From positions 55,924,001-55,988,000 of the forward strand of contig NC_043013.1 in assembly GCF_006345805.1 (NCBI RefSeq): 64,000 nucleotides of DNA, read 5' to 3'. Origin of the DNA: Octopus sinensis (Eukaryota). Below are positions 63,201 to 64,000 of the stretch, one piece after another (within the stretch, counting starts at the first letter, position 1; each line of letters opens with the position of its first letter). A program made the translations under genes and the position numbers. Below the pieces are notes generated by a model. That model was given only the letters and a program-made list of their open reading frames with translations, made no database searches and had not been told where the DNA came from.

Positions 63201-63809
63201 TTCTGGAGGATAAATTCTCTCCCATATTCTCATGGTTTCATTCCGTTTATTTTTCTGTTGTTTTTTTTTTTTTTTTCTGGCCCATTGTTTTATTTTTTCT
63301 TATTTACACTTTTCTTTTCTTCTGTCTCCATTATTTTTTATATTGGTGTATCAATCATTCACAGTTCTTGTTTACAAAAATCATATTTTACTCAATATTT
63401 ATTGTTTCTTTTCAGACGTTTTTTTGTTGTCGGTCGACTAAAAAGAGACAATGACAATATTGATCACTACAAGCAAGTCTCATCTGCTGGAATTGAGGCC
63501 AGTCTAAAATAAATGCCACAATTTTCCTTTTTCTATAATTTTCTTTGATCTAATTATTTTCATGAAATATTTAACAAACTATTAAACTTTTATATTCTCC
63601 ATCTGTTTTATGCTAGTTTACAATTATTTTATGTTTCCATATACTTTTCTCGTGAAGTGTCTAATATAAATCTCATTTTAACTATTCTGTTTGCCAGGCT
63701 CCTCTTATTCCAGAATTATGTTATAATGCCATCCATTTCACCTCTTTTATGTATATCATCTGTTACCTTGCAATTTGTAGCTTTTTTTTGTTTTGTTTTT
63801 GCCTATATA

Positions 63810-64000
63810 GGCAGAGGAGTGGCTGAGTGGTTAGAAGCTTCCTTCCCAATCACATGGTTCCAGGTTCACTTTGGGCAAGTGTCTTCTACTATAACCTTGG
63901 ACTGGCCAAAGCCATGTGAGTGGATTTGGTAGACGGAAACTGAAAGAATCCCATCGTATATATATGTGTGTATGTGTGTCTGTGTTTATCCCCCACCATC
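63810..64000 (+). mobile_element. Family A SINE running off the window end
   Basis: ggcagaggagtggctgagtggttagaagcttcc...ggatttggtagacggaaactgaaagaatccc. Confidence 0.8.

Overview
AT-rich, microsatellite-dense eukaryotic (animal) non-coding DNA. The SINE/LINE repertoire looks like an octopus (coleoid cephalopod) genome; this is my recognition, not a database result. No host protein-coding gene can be supported, and almost all listed ORFs are translations of simple repeats. Recognisable content is transposon debris: RTE-clade LINEs, R4/Dong-like RLE LINE fragments sitting in (AAT)n tracts, a Penelope-like GIY-YIG fragment with tandem and inverted arms, two Tc1/mariner remnants, MITE/foldback elements and two abundant tRNA-type SINE families. 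The standout is an 8.7-kb array (48869-57568) of about 14.3 near-identical ~602-bp units. Each full unit encodes, on the minus strand, a complete type I hammerhead ribozyme motif (CUGAAGA / GAAA core, GUC cleavage triplet, palindromic ACGUACGU stem III, unusually long stem II). The array starts at a (TA)n tract and is bracketed by ~57-bp inverted repeats, which suggests a retrozyme-like or Penelope-pLTR-derived self-cleaving RNA amplified by rolling-circle reverse transcription. Two further dispersed minimal hammerhead-like motifs (24115, 38847) lie in a second (TA)n-terminated repeat family.
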